Source of the DNA: Candidatus Woesearchaeota archaeon
GTDB lineage: Archaea > Nanobdellota > Nanobdellia > SCGC-AAA011-G17 > GW2011-AR17
Direction of reading: 5' to 3'
Length of the DNA stretch: 44,681 bases
Assembly (NCBI GenBank): GCA_016235495.1
Contig: JACRKH010000060.1
Location: forward strand, 1-44,681
In this document: positions 8,658-18,652 of the stretch, in pieces
How the letters are laid out: each line of letters starts with the position of its first letter
Position numbering within the stretch: the stretch's first letter is position 1
The notes under the pieces: generated by a model
Told to the model about the DNA's origin: nothing
The model's database searches: none
Seen by the model: only the letters and a program-made list of their open reading frames with translations
Translations under genes and position numbers: made by a program

Positions 8658-9227
8658 GTGCAAAAAGACTGTATTTTGATACTTGGAGCAGGGCTCACGG
8701 CAAGTGGAGAACTCACTGCAATAGGGAAGTCCCGAGTGGAAAAAGGACTGGACTGCTACAAGAAAGCCTTGGCTTCTCGTATACTTCTTTGTGGAGGCAA
8801 TCATGCAAGACTGCAAATAAAACCCCCCAAGACAGAAGCCCAGGCAATGTTTGACTACCTTATACAAGAAGGCATATCCATACAGCACCTCTACAAAGAA
8901 GAAAATTCACAGGAAACATTGGGCAATGCATTCTTTGCAAAAAAATTTTTAGAAAAGCAGGGCTGGAAAAATATTATTATTATCACTTCAAATTTTCATG
9001 TTGCACGCACACAATACCTCTTCAAAAAAGTATTTGGGGCAACAGAATATAATATAGAAATAATTCCTTCATTAACATTTCTCAGCCCAGAAGAAATCTT
9101 GCAAAGGATAGAATCAGAAGCAGAAAAAATCCAGGAATCAAAACGCCAGCTGAGTCACATTGAAAATGGAGACAGCAAAGCAATTCAAGAAATAATTTCT
9201 CAGCTCCCACAATATAAAAAACTATAA
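8658..9227 (+). CDS. YdcF/DUF218 (SanA-like) protein
   Basis: ILILGAG, LLCGG, TEAQAM, EENSQETLGNA, ITSNFHVAR. Confidence 0.88.
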   Translation: MQKDCILILGAGLTASGELTAIGKSRVEKGLDCYKKALASRILLCGGNHARLQIKPPKTEAQAMFDYLIQEGISIQHLYKEENSQETLGNAFFAKKFLEKQGWKNIIIITSNFHVARTQYLFKKVFGATEYNIEIIPSLTFLSPEEILQRIESEAEKIQESKRQLSHIENGDSKAIQEIISQLPQYKKL

Positions 9228-9251
9228 AAAGAAAAGAAGAATCCTAAGCAT

Positions 9252-9602
9252 ATGCAAATCATCAGCAGAGAAGAACTAAAAAAAGCTATTGATCATAAAG
9301 AGAATTATGTACTCATTGATGTGCGTCAGCCTGAAGAATTAAGTTATGGTATCATTCCTACTGCACACAATATTCCTCTTCCTGAACTCCCAGCAGCACT
9401 AAGCATGGATGAGACTTCATTTGAAAAGAAATACCACTTCAAGAAGCCGGCAAAACAAGACAATATTGTATTCTATTGCCGCTCAGGAGGAAGAGCAGCA
9501 CAAGCCACACACTTTGCAGAGCATCAAGGCTACCATGCAAAGAATTATGCTGGCTCCATTTTAGACTGGTCAGAGATTGACAAGAATGTACATGTGTATT
9601 AG
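9252..9602 (+). CDS. Rhodanese-like domain protein
   Basis: LIDVRQPEE..IPTAHNIP, FYCRSGGRA, YAGSILDW. Confidence 0.92.
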   Translation: MQIISREELKKAIDHKENYVLIDVRQPEELSYGIIPTAHNIPLPELPAALSMDETSFEKKYHFKKPAKQDNIVFYCRSGGRAAQATHFAEHQGYHAKNYAGSILDWSEIDKNVHVY

Positions 9603-9641
9603 TACAAAAACTATATAAATCAATAAAGTCAATAAAGAAAT

Positions 9642-9881
9642 ATGTTTATCCTTGCATCACTCATGTTCTTCATGATGTTCATTTTTATCATTCTTGGAGT
9701 GCTTACATTAATATTCTGGATTTGGATGTTTGCTGATGCAATAAAGAAAAAAGACACGGCATGGATAATACTTTTGATCATAGCATTATTTACAGGTTTC
9801 TTCGCATTAGTCTTTGCGCTCATCTATTACTTTACCCTATACAAGAAAAATCCTAGATTGCATAAAAGAAGAAAGAAATAA
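9642..9881 (+). CDS. Small membrane protein (PLDc_N-like)
   Basis: FWIWMFADAIKK..AWIILL..LIYYF pattern. Confidence 0.7.
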   Translation: MFILASLMFFMMFIFIILGVLTLIFWIWMFADAIKKKDTAWIILLIIALFTGFFALVFALIYYFTLYKKNPRLHKRRKK

Positions 9882-9913
9882 CTATTTAAAGAGAGCTTTT
9901 TCCCAATCCTAGC

Positions 9914-10360
9914 ATGAAAGAATGTATCATCCCATGTAACTCTGCACTTGCAATCATGGATCGCGCACTGAAAGCAAAGGCTCTCAAGCCAAACTATCTT
10001 CTTGTGAAATATTATGATACCATAACCAGAGAAAAAAGGGAAGGTATTCTCCTCGAAAGTATAGATGGCTTTCCACTAAGCTGTGCACAAGAGCATCTCC
10101 CTTTTCTAGGTATCCTTGGATTCGTCAACGGCAAAGAACCAGCAGAAGGAACAATCCCTCTTCATGAAGTTTTACCAAAAGAAAATGATGAACTTGCCTT
10201 GGCATACATTATCGAAGGGGTCTACAAAGGAAACTTTGGAGAAGCGAACCCGCAAGGTTGCCAAACAATTCTTCAGAATCACAAAGTAAAGAAAACAGAC
10301 CTTGAAGAAAAAGAATATACCCTTCAAGTGCAAACAAAGCCATTACTTTCTAAAGAATAG
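9914..10360 (+). CDS. Hypothetical protein
   Basis: 148-aa ORF with TATA-like element upstream. Confidence 0.6.
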   Translation: MKECIIPCNSALAIMDRALKAKALKPNYLLVKYYDTITREKREGILLESIDGFPLSCAQEHLPFLGILGFVNGKEPAEGTIPLHEVLPKENDELALAYIIEGVYKGNFGEANPQGCQTILQNHKVKKTDLEEKEYTLQVQTKPLLSKE

Positions 10361-10769
10361 CTCTCTTCTTTCGAGCTTCCTTATCATCTGGCTCATGCAA
10401 TTTATGCGTTTCTTCCTGCCATGCATATAAATCTGCATTATTTTGTGTATTTGTAGTATAATCACCACCAAACTGCCCGCCAGCCCCATACTCTTTTTGT
10501 TCCTGCACTGCAGGCTTGAAACTTTCTGCGTAGGCAGCCACTTGATTTTCTAAGGGATTGTTTTTCTCCCTTTCTTTTCTCAGCACCTCAGATTCATCTT
10601 TTATTTTTTGTTCAATAGCTATAGACTTTAGAATAACTTTCTGCTCTTCCTCAGCAGCAGCTTCAGGAGCATCCTCATTATCCTCTCCACTCTTCGGAGT
10701 CTCTTCCTTCTCCTCTAAAAGCCTCCTCAGGAGCTCTTTCTCATCCAGTGGTCTTGCTGAAAAATCCAT
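10350..10769 (-). CDS. Hypothetical acidic protein
   Basis: 139-aa Glu/Lys-rich ORF. Confidence 0.6.
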   Translation of the reverse strand: MDFSARPLDEKELLRRLLEEKEETPKSGEDNEDAPEAAAEEEQKVILKSIAIEQKIKDESEVLRKEREKNNPLENQVAAYAESFKPAVQEQKEYGAGGQFGGDYTTNTQNNADLYAWQEETHKLHEPDDKEARKKRAIL

Positions 10770-10799
10770 GCTTATATAGTGTCACCCAGCCTTAAAAAG

Positions 10800-11078
10800 C
10801 TATTCCCACTGGCATTTTCCTGAGAAACAGCCGCAGGAGACTCCAGCAGCCTGAGCATCATAACAATCCCTATATTCGCAGGTGCTCACAGAGGGCTCAG
10901 CAGAAGCGGACTGGCATATTTGCGAGGAGCAGCCCCCCACAGCACAGTCGCTATTCCGACTGCAGTCAGCCAGAGAAGAAGTCCCGCAGAATGCAGAACT
11001 ATTTTTTTCTTCAACAACAGCAGGGCTGCTGCATGCCACAAGAAAAATACCCAGAAAAAGAAACAACAAGTTTTTCAT
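10800..11078 (-). CDS. Secreted cysteine-cluster protein (eight-cysteine-cluster-like), lipoprotein-type signal
   Basis: FLVAC signal; C..DC..GGCSSQIC..STCEYRDCY..CGC..GKCQW. Confidence 0.8.
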   Translation of the reverse strand: MKNLLFLFLGIFLVACSSPAVVEEKNSSAFCGTSSLADCSRNSDCAVGGCSSQICQSASAEPSVSTCEYRDCYDAQAAGVSCGCFSGKCQWE

Positions 11079-11150
11079 ACGAATACTAACCTTTACCACT
11101 TAATAAAATTTGTGGGAAACAATTAAATAGCATGAAAAGAATGTCTAACT

Positions 11151-11594
11151 ATGAAAAGAGTCATGCTCAAAAGCAAAGATCTCAACAAACTTCTTGAAGA
11201 ATATCATTTTGAAGCAAAAAAGAAAGATATAGTAGAATGTGTGGAAAACAAAGTCATACTTATCAATAAAATCCCTTCATTTTTCTACTATGAAAAGAAG
11301 CTTATCCCAACAGTAAGAATGCTTGCACAAAAAAGTCTCTTAAAAGAAATAATAGTAGACATGGGTGCAGTAAAATTTGTTATTGGAGGAGCAGACATCA
11401 TGCGCCCTGGGATAATAGAAATGGACTCAGAAATCAAAGAAGGAGAAGCCGTAGTCATTCTCGATGCAAACAATAAGAAACCTTTGGCAGTAGGTATCGC
11501 ACTCTTTGACGGAAAGACAATGCAATCCATGAGTTCAGGAAAAGTAATAAAGAATATCCATCAAGTGGGTGATGAAATCTGGAAAACTATTTAG
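11151..11594 (+). CDS. PUA-domain RNA-binding protein (MCT-1/Tma20-like)
   Basis: VDMGAVKFVIGGADIMRPGI..GKVIKNIHQVGDEIW. Confidence 0.9.
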   Translation: MKRVMLKSKDLNKLLEEYHFEAKKKDIVECVENKVILINKIPSFFYYEKKLIPTVRMLAQKSLLKEIIVDMGAVKFVIGGADIMRPGIIEMDSEIKEGEAVVILDANNKKPLAVGIALFDGKTMQSMSSGKVIKNIHQVGDEIWKTI

Positions 11595-12373
11595 TCAAAA
11601 GAAATAGGATTTGCCTTTTCCTTCGCTGTAACTAAGTATGCCAATCCTTCTTCACCAAATCTTCCCTCAACACTTCTCCTCCAGAATTCATAAGGATAAT
11701 ATCCTGTGTCTTGATGTATTGAATCGCTAGTATGAGGATTTCCATGAATGAGAATACGCGCAAGATTTTGTCTTGTAGGAAGAATTTTTGTTTCCATAAG
11801 TGAAGCAAGATGTTCATGCTCTTGGATAAATCGTTGTATTCTTTCAACATAGGTGTTTGCAGCTTCCAAAAAGTGTGGATTTCCTGCATAGACTTCGTGT
11901 AGAGCCTCACCAAAACCATCTAATTTATCTGCAAAGGCGACCAATTGTGCTTCAGCTTTTTTTTGTTCACAAGCCAGAAAAAGAAGATGTCCATAAACAA
12001 AACCATTGATACTGCCTTGATTATATCTCTGAGATAAGCTAAAGATTTCTCTTTTTCTCTCCATTTGCAAAGCAGAAATTTCTTCTAAAGAAAGTCGTTC
12101 TTTATGCTTAGAAGTCTCCTCACCCTTTATCATCTCTGTATCATCATGGATAACAGCAATCGCTCGAGCAAGAGAGACATTGAGAGGCAGAGGATAGTCG
12201 CTTTGAAGAAGAGGAAGAAGATCATCAACAAGACCCAATACTTTTCGAGTATGAAAAAGAACATTTGTTCTATAAATCATGGGGCTCTTGCCATGGAACC
12301 TTTTCAGACCGCCAAGAATAGCCTCTCTTTGACCACAGTTCTGTACTTCAACAGAAGGATATGCATTCATCAA
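11591..12373 (-). CDS. HD-domain phosphohydrolase (YfbR-like)
   Basis: LKRF..NVLFH..IHDDTE..FADKLD. Confidence 0.8.
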   Translation of the reverse strand: MMNAYPSVEVQNCGQREAILGGLKRFHGKSPMIYRTNVLFHTRKVLGLVDDLLPLLQSDYPLPLNVSLARAIAVIHDDTEMIKGEETSKHKERLSLEEISALQMERKREIFSLSQRYNQGSINGFVYGHLLFLACEQKKAEAQLVAFADKLDGFGEALHEVYAGNPHFLEAANTYVERIQRFIQEHEHLASLMETKILPTRQNLARILIHGNPHTSDSIHQDTGYYPYEFWRRSVEGRFGEEGLAYLVTAKEKANPISFD

Positions 12374-12462
12374 GCAAACAAAAAAGAACTGCCTTAAAAA
12401 ACTTTCCTTTTTAAAGACACTGAGGAGAAAGTATAAAAACAGAAGTATATGCCAAAGTATCT

Positions 12463-14562
12463 ATGTGCAGCATCATTGGAGCAATACAAAGCAGAGAAGC
12501 ATTTACATTTGTTCAGCAAGGACTATCTATAATGCACGAACGAGGAAGGGATGCATCAGCATACTTCGACGGGAAAATGCATTACGCGCAAAATCCCATT
12601 ACACTTCCCCCCTCTACTGCAGAAACTATTATAGGCCATGGCCTGCATGCAATAGTCAGCACATTGCCACAACCTTTGCAGGAAGCAAATGCAGTCTTCG
12701 CAGCAAACTGTGAAATCTACAACTGGAAAGAGCTCGCAAAAGAGCACAAACTCACTGTACGCAACGATGCAGAACTGCTTTTCAAACTGCTTCAGAAGGA
12801 AGGAATAGAAAAAACACTTCCCAAAATTCGAGGAGTCTATGCTTTTGTCTACCTTCAGAACAATACTCTCTACCTTGTAAGAGACATTCTTGGAATCAAA
12901 CCATTATTTTACGAGAAAAAGAATGGATTTCGTTTTGCATCAGAAAAAAAAGTACTTTCTTTAACAGCAACAGAACTCAATCCAAGAACAATACTGGCAT
13001 ATAACCTGAAAACAAAAAAACTTTCAACAAAAAAACGCCCTTTCTTTGCACTCAAACCTTTGCTCACAAAAGATATTCTGAATCAAGTAGAGAAGAAATT
13101 AAAAGAAGCAGTGATGATAAGAATACCTGAACAAAAATTCGCATTGCTTTTCTCTGGAGGTTTAGACTCAGTCCTCATTGCAAAATATCTCCAGGAATCT
13201 GGAAAAGATTTCACCTGTTACACCGCAGCAACGGATGAAAAAAGTCCTGACCTTCTCGCAGCAAAAGCAGCTGCAAAAGAAATGAAATTAAAACTAAAAT
13301 ATACACTCATTTCCAAAGAAGAGACAAAAAAATATCTTCAGAAGATTATCCCTCTCATCGAAGACAACAATGTTGTCAAAGTTGGAGTAGCACTTCCATT
13401 ATATATTGCTGCAGAACAAGCACAGAAGGATGCTAATAAAGTTATTTTCTCAGGCTCAGGTGCAGATGAACTCTTTGCAGGCTACCATCGCTACAAAGCA
13501 AGCGCTCTAGACAAGCTCAACAAAGACTGCTATTCTGATATTCTCAAAATATACGAAAGAAATTGTTACAGGGATGATGTTATTACGATGAACAATAATT
13601 TGGAGCTTCGCGTCCCATTCCTTGATAAAGAACTTGTTGCTTTGACATTGCGTATTCCTCCTGAATGGAAACTGCATGAAGGAACAGAAAAATATATTCT
13701 GAGAGAAATAGCAAAACAGAAAGGGATTCCAACACAGTTTGCAGAGAGAAAAAAAGTAGCAGCACAGTATGGTTCTGGCTTTGATAAAATTCTTGAAAAA
13801 TTAGCAAAGGAAGAAAAGAAAAACAAATCAGCATACCTTGCACAGTTCTCCTCAGTAAAAAATCTAAAGCTAGGAGCACTCATCAGCGGTGGAAAAGACA
13901 GTCTGCTTGCAGCATACATTATGAAGCAGCAAAACTACGAACTCTCCTGTCTCATCACCATAAAAAGTAAGAACACTGCGTCCTATATGTTTCATACTCC
14001 AAATATTCATCTTGCAGAACTCCAAGCAGAAGCAATGCAAGTACCAATTATTATTCAGGAGACAAAAGGAAACAAAGAAGGAGAGCTAAAAGATTTAGAG
14101 AAAGCATTGAAAGAAGCAAAGAAGAAATATAAGATTGAAGGAGTTATTTCTGGAGCACTCTATTCTAATTATCAGCGAGAAAGAATAGAAAGAATTGCAG
14201 ATAAATTAGGATTAAAGATCTTTTCTCCATTATGGCACATGGATCAGGAAAAAGAACTACAACAGCTCTTAGATCTAAAATTCCATTTCATACTCAGTGC
14301 AGTAGCAGCAGAAGGGCTAAATCACTCCTGGCTAGGAAGAGAGATAACAAAGAAAGACTTAGAAAATTTAAAAGAATTAAATAAGAAATATGGCATAAAT
14401 ATTGCCGGTGAGGGAGGGGAATATGAGTCCCTCGTTTTAAATTGTCCACTCTTTCATAAAAAAGTTCAAATTAAGGATGCAGAAATAATAATGGAGAATG
14501 AAAACACTGGGGTGTATAAAATTAAGAAAGCAGCGTTAAGTTTAAATAGATGCTTTACATAG
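12463..14562 (+). CDS. Asparagine synthetase B-like domains fused to diphthine--ammonia ligase (Dph6)
   Basis: N-terminal Cys2, NCEIYN, SGGLDS, GADELFAGY, RVPFLD; then SGGKDS, YMFH, GEGGEYES. Confidence 0.9.
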   Translation: MCSIIGAIQSREAFTFVQQGLSIMHERGRDASAYFDGKMHYAQNPITLPPSTAETIIGHGLHAIVSTLPQPLQEANAVFAANCEIYNWKELAKEHKLTVRNDAELLFKLLQKEGIEKTLPKIRGVYAFVYLQNNTLYLVRDILGIKPLFYEKKNGFRFASEKKVLSLTATELNPRTILAYNLKTKKLSTKKRPFFALKPLLTKDILNQVEKKLKEAVMIRIPEQKFALLFSGGLDSVLIAKYLQESGKDFTCYTAATDEKSPDLLAAKAAAKEMKLKLKYTLISKEETKKYLQKIIPLIEDNNVVKVGVALPLYIAAEQAQKDANKVIFSGSGADELFAGYHRYKASALDKLNKDCYSDILKIYERNCYRDDVITMNNNLELRVPFLDKELVALTLRIPPEWKLHEGTEKYILREIAKQKGIPTQFAERKKVAAQYGSGFDKILEKLAKEEKKNKSAYLAQFSSVKNLKLGALISGGKDSLLAAYIMKQQNYELSCLITIKSKNTASYMFHTPNIHLAELQAEAMQVPIIIQETKGNKEGELKDLEKALKEAKKKYKIEGVISGALYSNYQRERIERIADKLGLKIFSPLWHMDQEKELQQLLDLKFHFILSAVAAEGLNHSWLGREITKKDLENLKELNKKYGINIAGEGGEYESLVLNCPLFHKKVQIKDAEIIMENENTGVYKIKKAALSLNRCFT

Positions 14563-14981
14563 CAAAAAGTGTGGTAGCAGGCTCAGTTTATGGGGGTAGA
14601 GACTCAATTGATTCCTATTTGGATATATTGAGACAAAGCTATGCAGGAATAGAAAGGATACTCAGAAGAGTACAAGAACACCAAGAAAGAATAAGAAATT
14701 TCAGTCCTGAGAATGCAATAGAAGATTTCTTACCAAAAGGAAATATTGAAGCAAAAACTGAAGAAACAATTCCTTACACAGAAAAAGGAAATACCAGAGA
14801 ATATCTAGTATCTAACTCAGAAGAATATAAGAGAGCAATAAGAGAAAGTGGTGCTTTCATTCGCGCAAGGGCAATAAGTCATGGTTCTGCAAAGGTTACA
14901 ATAAAGATGAAAGAAAATTCCCAAGATTCTAATATGACAACACAGAGCTATACAATTGAGTTATGGGTAAAAGATTTGTGA
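14550..14981 (+). CDS. Hypothetical protein
   Basis: 143-aa ORF overlapping the upstream stop. Confidence 0.55.
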   Translation: MLYIAKSVVAGSVYGGRDSIDSYLDILRQSYAGIERILRRVQEHQERIRNFSPENAIEDFLPKGNIEAKTEETIPYTEKGNTREYLVSNSEEYKRAIRESGAFIRARAISHGSAKVTIKMKENSQDSNMTTQSYTIELWVKDL

Positions 14982-14983
14982 AA

Positions 14984-15289
14984 CTAAAATCGATATAAAC
15001 ACTTCTTTAAATTCACCTTCCCATTCTCAAAAGCAACACCTTCATTTTCTAATAACATTCTTTTCTCTTCAATTTCAATGCCACTCTTTTTTCCTTTAAA
15101 TCCACCTAAAGAACCATTAGAAGCAACAACTCTATGACAGGGTACTTCTGGTGCATAAGGATTTTTTTTCAGTGCTTGGCCTATTGCCTGGTATGCCTTC
15201 GTATGCAAAGCTTTTCCTATCTCCTTGTATGTGCTTACTTTTCCAGAAGGAATTTTTTTACAGAGAGTATAGACTTTTTCCGCAAGCAT
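14984..15289 (-). CDS. ogt: Methylated-DNA--protein-cysteine methyltransferase (MGMT family)
   Basis: IPSGKVSTYKEI..NP..VPCHRVV..LGGF. Confidence 0.9.
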   Translation of the reverse strand: MLAEKVYTLCKKIPSGKVSTYKEIGKALHTKAYQAIGQALKKNPYAPEVPCHRVVASNGSLGGFKGKKSGIEIEEKRMLLENEGVAFENGKVNLKKCLYRF

Positions 15290-15366
15290 AAGAGGAGAAT
15301 AGTCTTGATAAATAAAAGCTTTTCACTTCCTAAATACTTATAAATTTAAATTCTAAAAAAATAACC

Positions 15367-15702
15367 ATGCAATCAGAAGGAGGAACATATAATCCCTTTG
15401 GAAATCAAAAAGTAGGTCTGCGAGAGAGAGCATACTTAACAGGAATTCTTGGGAGTAATGGCTTCAAACAATACACTTCTCCAGAGCATTCAGGAAAAAT
15501 TCTCCTCGCATATAGGCCTTATAGGAACGAAGATCTTCTTCTGAAAACAGAGGGATGGATTGATATAAAAACGGGAAAAGTCTTCACAACAGGAAAAAAC
15601 CTTGCAGCATTGATGGGTAGGCTAAATGAAAGAACATTTATTCAAGGTCTAGAGAAATCCCTATCGGACAATGGTCAGAACCCTGCACTTCATCCTGAAT
15701 AA
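15367..15702 (+). CDS. Hypothetical protein
   Basis: 111-aa ORF; 3' end overlaps xth. Confidence 0.5.
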   Translation: MQSEGGTYNPFGNQKVGLRERAYLTGILGSNGFKQYTSPEHSGKILLAYRPYRNEDLLLKTEGWIDIKTGKVFTTGKNLAALMGRLNERTFIQGLEKSLSDNGQNPALHPE

Positions 15703-16399
15703 AAGCACTTTTTACTTTCTTCATCAAATCCTTGCTCACATAGAAATAATCAATGCGCCAGCCAACATTTCTCTTTCGTGCACCCGCACGCTGTGACCAC
15801 CAGGAGTATTGTACTCTCTCAGGATGCATCATTCTAAAACTATCCACCATGCCTTCCTTTTCAAATGTATCTAACCAATCTCTTTCTACCCTCATAAACC
15901 CAGAAATATCCTCATTATCTTTTGGCCGTGCAAGATCAATTTCATTGTGCGCAGTATTCACATCACCACAAACAATGAGATGCTTTGTATGTTTTTTACA
16001 GAATTTTAGAAACTCTTCATAGAACTCCAACTTATACTGCAAACGCTCTTCTCGTGCCTTTCCATTAGGGAAATAAATATTCATAAGAATAAATTGTTTG
16101 AACTCCAAAACAAGAATCCTTCCTTCAGTATCAAACTTTGTATGCCCTCCAAAACCAGACACCACAGACAAGGGTTTTTCTTTAGTATAACAGGCAACAC
16201 CACTGTATCCTTTTTTTTCAGCGGCAGAAAAGTACACATGATAACCATCAACCTTTGTAAGTTTCTCACCCAATTGATCCGGATGTGCCTTTGTTTCTTG
16301 CACGCAAAGAATGTCTGGTTTTTCTTTATGAAAATAATCCAAGAAACCTTTTTTCTCTACAGCACGAATGCCATTCACATTCCATGAAATAATTTTCAT
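15638..16399 (-). CDS. xth: Exodeoxyribonuclease III / AP endonuclease
   Basis: SWNVNGIRA, QETK, GDVNTAH, GWRIDY, SDHCP. Confidence 0.96.
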   Translation of the reverse strand: MKIISWNVNGIRAVEKKGFLDYFHKEKPDILCVQETKAHPDQLGEKLTKVDGYHVYFSAAEKKGYSGVACYTKEKPLSVVSGFGGHTKFDTEGRILVLEFKQFILMNIYFPNGKAREERLQYKLEFYEEFLKFCKKHTKHLIVCGDVNTAHNEIDLARPKDNEDISGFMRVERDWLDTFEKEGMVDSFRMMHPERVQYSWWSQRAGARKRNVGWRIDYFYVSKDLMKKVKSAFIQDEVQGSDHCPIGISLDLE

Positions 16400-16745
16400 C
16401 TTTTTTAGATAGAACTTTTGCTATATAATCGTTTCTGAAAATCTTTCCGTTTTTTCTAGTAAAAGTTTATGAATGCAACCTAACCCATTCTCTTTGGAGG
16501 GGGCTCTGTAGAAAACTTCAATAAAACCCCATTAGGAGCCTTAAAATTGCTCTACTTCTTATAAATAGGTATTGTTTTATAAAACTAATTTTTATGCAGA
16601 GATATTTTCCCGAGGATGAAAACAATTTTTGAAATTATTAGGAGGTTTGTTTAGTGAGCATATGGCCTAGATCTATCAAATCTGGAACATTTCTACAGAG
16701 CCTCAGTAAGGAAAACCTTAAATAAACAGGAGCTACTAGAAGGTC

Positions 16746-17318
16746 ATGCCTATTGGATTTGGAAGAAAGAGTGAACCTCAAAAAGATATAACCCTTGAAA
16801 GCTTGAAAGATGTAGAAAAGTTTTTTATTGTTGAAATAAGGGCATTTCAAGAGTTTGAAGGTGACCTCCTCATAGAACTCAGAGAAATAAAAGATCTTGA
16901 GCATAATTTTAGAACTATACTTCTCCAAATGGAATCATTAGAGAAACTTGCCAAAGCAAGGACAGAAATTTTTCAGAACCTCCTTACAGAGATACAAAAA
17001 GACAAGACCAAAGTGAATATTGAATATTGTCAAGAAAGATTTCGTATGATTGAAGCCATCGATAAACAATTAGGCCCAATGCTTGGATCTGTAAATGCTA
17101 AGCTTGATGAACTAACTTTAACTCAAACACATGCACTATATGCTAAAAATAAAGAGAATCATAAAAAAATGCAAAAGATTGATGAAGATGCAAGAAAGCT
17201 TCGTTCCTGGGTATATGCAATTCAGACAAATATGAATTCTTATAAAGAAAGTCTTATGGATATGACCAATCGAGTGCAAAGACTATTCTTTGAAAGGCAA
17301 CGAAGAGAAATGAAATGA
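16746..17318 (+). CDS. Hypothetical coiled-coil protein
   Basis: 190-aa helical ORF; AAGGT upstream. Confidence 0.7.
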   Translation: MPIGFGRKSEPQKDITLESLKDVEKFFIVEIRAFQEFEGDLLIELREIKDLEHNFRTILLQMESLEKLAKARTEIFQNLLTEIQKDKTKVNIEYCQERFRMIEAIDKQLGPMLGSVNAKLDELTLTQTHALYAKNKENHKKMQKIDEDARKLRSWVYAIQTNMNSYKESLMDMTNRVQRLFFERQRREMK

Positions 17319-17446
17319 CCAAACAAAATATTATGGAAGAAACAGAGCTTACAGAGTACACCAAAAGAGAATTAAAAAGAACCAGAGCAACACCAAAAAG
17401 CAAGTATGTTTCTAATGACGAATTACGAAAAAAGCTTTTACAATAA
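17315..17446 (+). CDS. Small antitoxin-like protein (43 aa)
   Basis: MTKQNIMEETELTEYTKRELKRTRATPKSKYVSNDELRKKLLQ, directly upstream of a RelE frame. Confidence 0.65.
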   Translation: MTKQNIMEETELTEYTKRELKRTRATPKSKYVSNDELRKKLLQ

Positions 17447-17697
17447 GTTTTACTGCAGAGTGGTCTCCTAAGGCTCAAAAGAATCTTGCTTCCCTAGCAA
17501 AAGATATCCAGCTAAAAATTACAGAGAAAATAAAGTTTATAGAAGAAGACCCATTCAAATATGTAGAACATTTTGAGAAAGAAGGTCTTTACAAACTTAG
17601 ATTTGGGAAGTATAGAACTTTGCTAAGCATAAATTTCAAAGAGAAAATTCTTTTTATTGAGATATTTGATAAAAGAGGAAGAGTCTACAAGAGGTAG
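17443..17697 (+). CDS. RelE/ParE toxin with ATA at the expected start (non-canonical start or pseudogene)
   Basis: Open 84-aa frame (I)SFTAEWSPKAQKNL..DPFKY..LYKLRFGKYR..IFDKRGRVYKR; no in-frame ATG/GTG/TTG near the 5' end. Confidence 0.75.
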   Translation: MSFTAEWSPKAQKNLASLAKDIQLKITEKIKFIEEDPFKYVEHFEKEGLYKLRFGKYRTLLSINFKEKILFIEIFDKRGRVYKR

Positions 17698-17732
17698 AAA
17701 CCTTTATATTTCCCCAAAAAATCCACATCTGT

Positions 17733-18620
17733 ATGACGCCAAAAGAAGCATACCTGAGAGCAGGAAAAATACACTATGAAGTCTGTGAACGCTCGAAATC
17801 GCTCATCAAGCCAGGAGCATCTCTTTTAGACATTGCCCGCAAGATAGAGTCTTACATTGCAGAACACCCAGAAGCTTCGCTCGCATTCCCAATAAACTTA
17901 CAACTCAACAATGAAGTGCACTATTCTCCAGTTCCCAACGACACAAGAACAATCACAAAAGAAGATATCATCAAAGTGGATGTTGGTGTGCACGTCGAGG
18001 GATACATTGCAGATGGAGCATACACAATCGCACTGAACAAAGACTACCAAGATATGGTAGACTTCACAGAAGAAGTCCTTAGAAAAACTATCACAGGGTT
18101 AAAGCCAGGCATGAAAGTCTCAGAAATAGGAAAACGTCTTGACAAACTCATGGAAGGATCAAAATATAAAATCATTAAAAACCTCATGGGGCACCAGGTT
18201 CAGCAATGGGACTTGCATTCGACAAAATCTGTATTCGTGTATGAAAGCAGCTCGCCAAACACAATGGAGCCAGGCGAAGCATTTGCTATAGAAATTTTTA
18301 TCACAGATGGTGCAGGGCATATCAAATCAAGCCCGACGGGGATGATTTATGCAATGAAAAAGAAACTGCTTCCAGTCAGAGATACAAAAATAAGAAAACT
18401 CTGTCAAATAATTACAGAAAAAAGAAAATCACTTCCATTTACAGAGAGGTATGTCACAGAGCACTTAGGCTACAGCAGAGTAGACTTTCTCAACCTCAAG
18501 CGCTCAAATAATCTCAATGAATATGCACACCTCTTAGAAATTCCAGGCTCAAAAATTGCACAGTTTGAAGATATTATATACATGGACAAAGACAAAGTAA
18601 TTATTACGACCAAACCTTAA
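17733..18620 (+). CDS. map: Type II methionine aminopeptidase
   Basis: AFPIN, HYSP, DVGVHVEGYIAD, GH, AIE, AQFE metal ligands. Confidence 0.95.
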   Translation: MTPKEAYLRAGKIHYEVCERSKSLIKPGASLLDIARKIESYIAEHPEASLAFPINLQLNNEVHYSPVPNDTRTITKEDIIKVDVGVHVEGYIADGAYTIALNKDYQDMVDFTEEVLRKTITGLKPGMKVSEIGKRLDKLMEGSKYKIIKNLMGHQVQQWDLHSTKSVFVYESSSPNTMEPGEAFAIEIFITDGAGHIKSSPTGMIYAMKKKLLPVRDTKIRKLCQIITEKRKSLPFTERYVTEHLGYSRVDFLNLKRSNNLNEYAHLLEIPGSKIAQFEDIIYMDKDKVIITTKP

Positions 18621-18652
18621 TATTTAAATATCCAGAACATCTTCTTATTCCT

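Noticed and set aside
16400-16745. Long intergenic region as replication origin or ncRNA; TTTTCC(C)GAGGAT also seen near 34271
   Set aside because: No ORB-like repeats, cdc6 gene or stable structure recognised; the shared motif is too short to support a claim.
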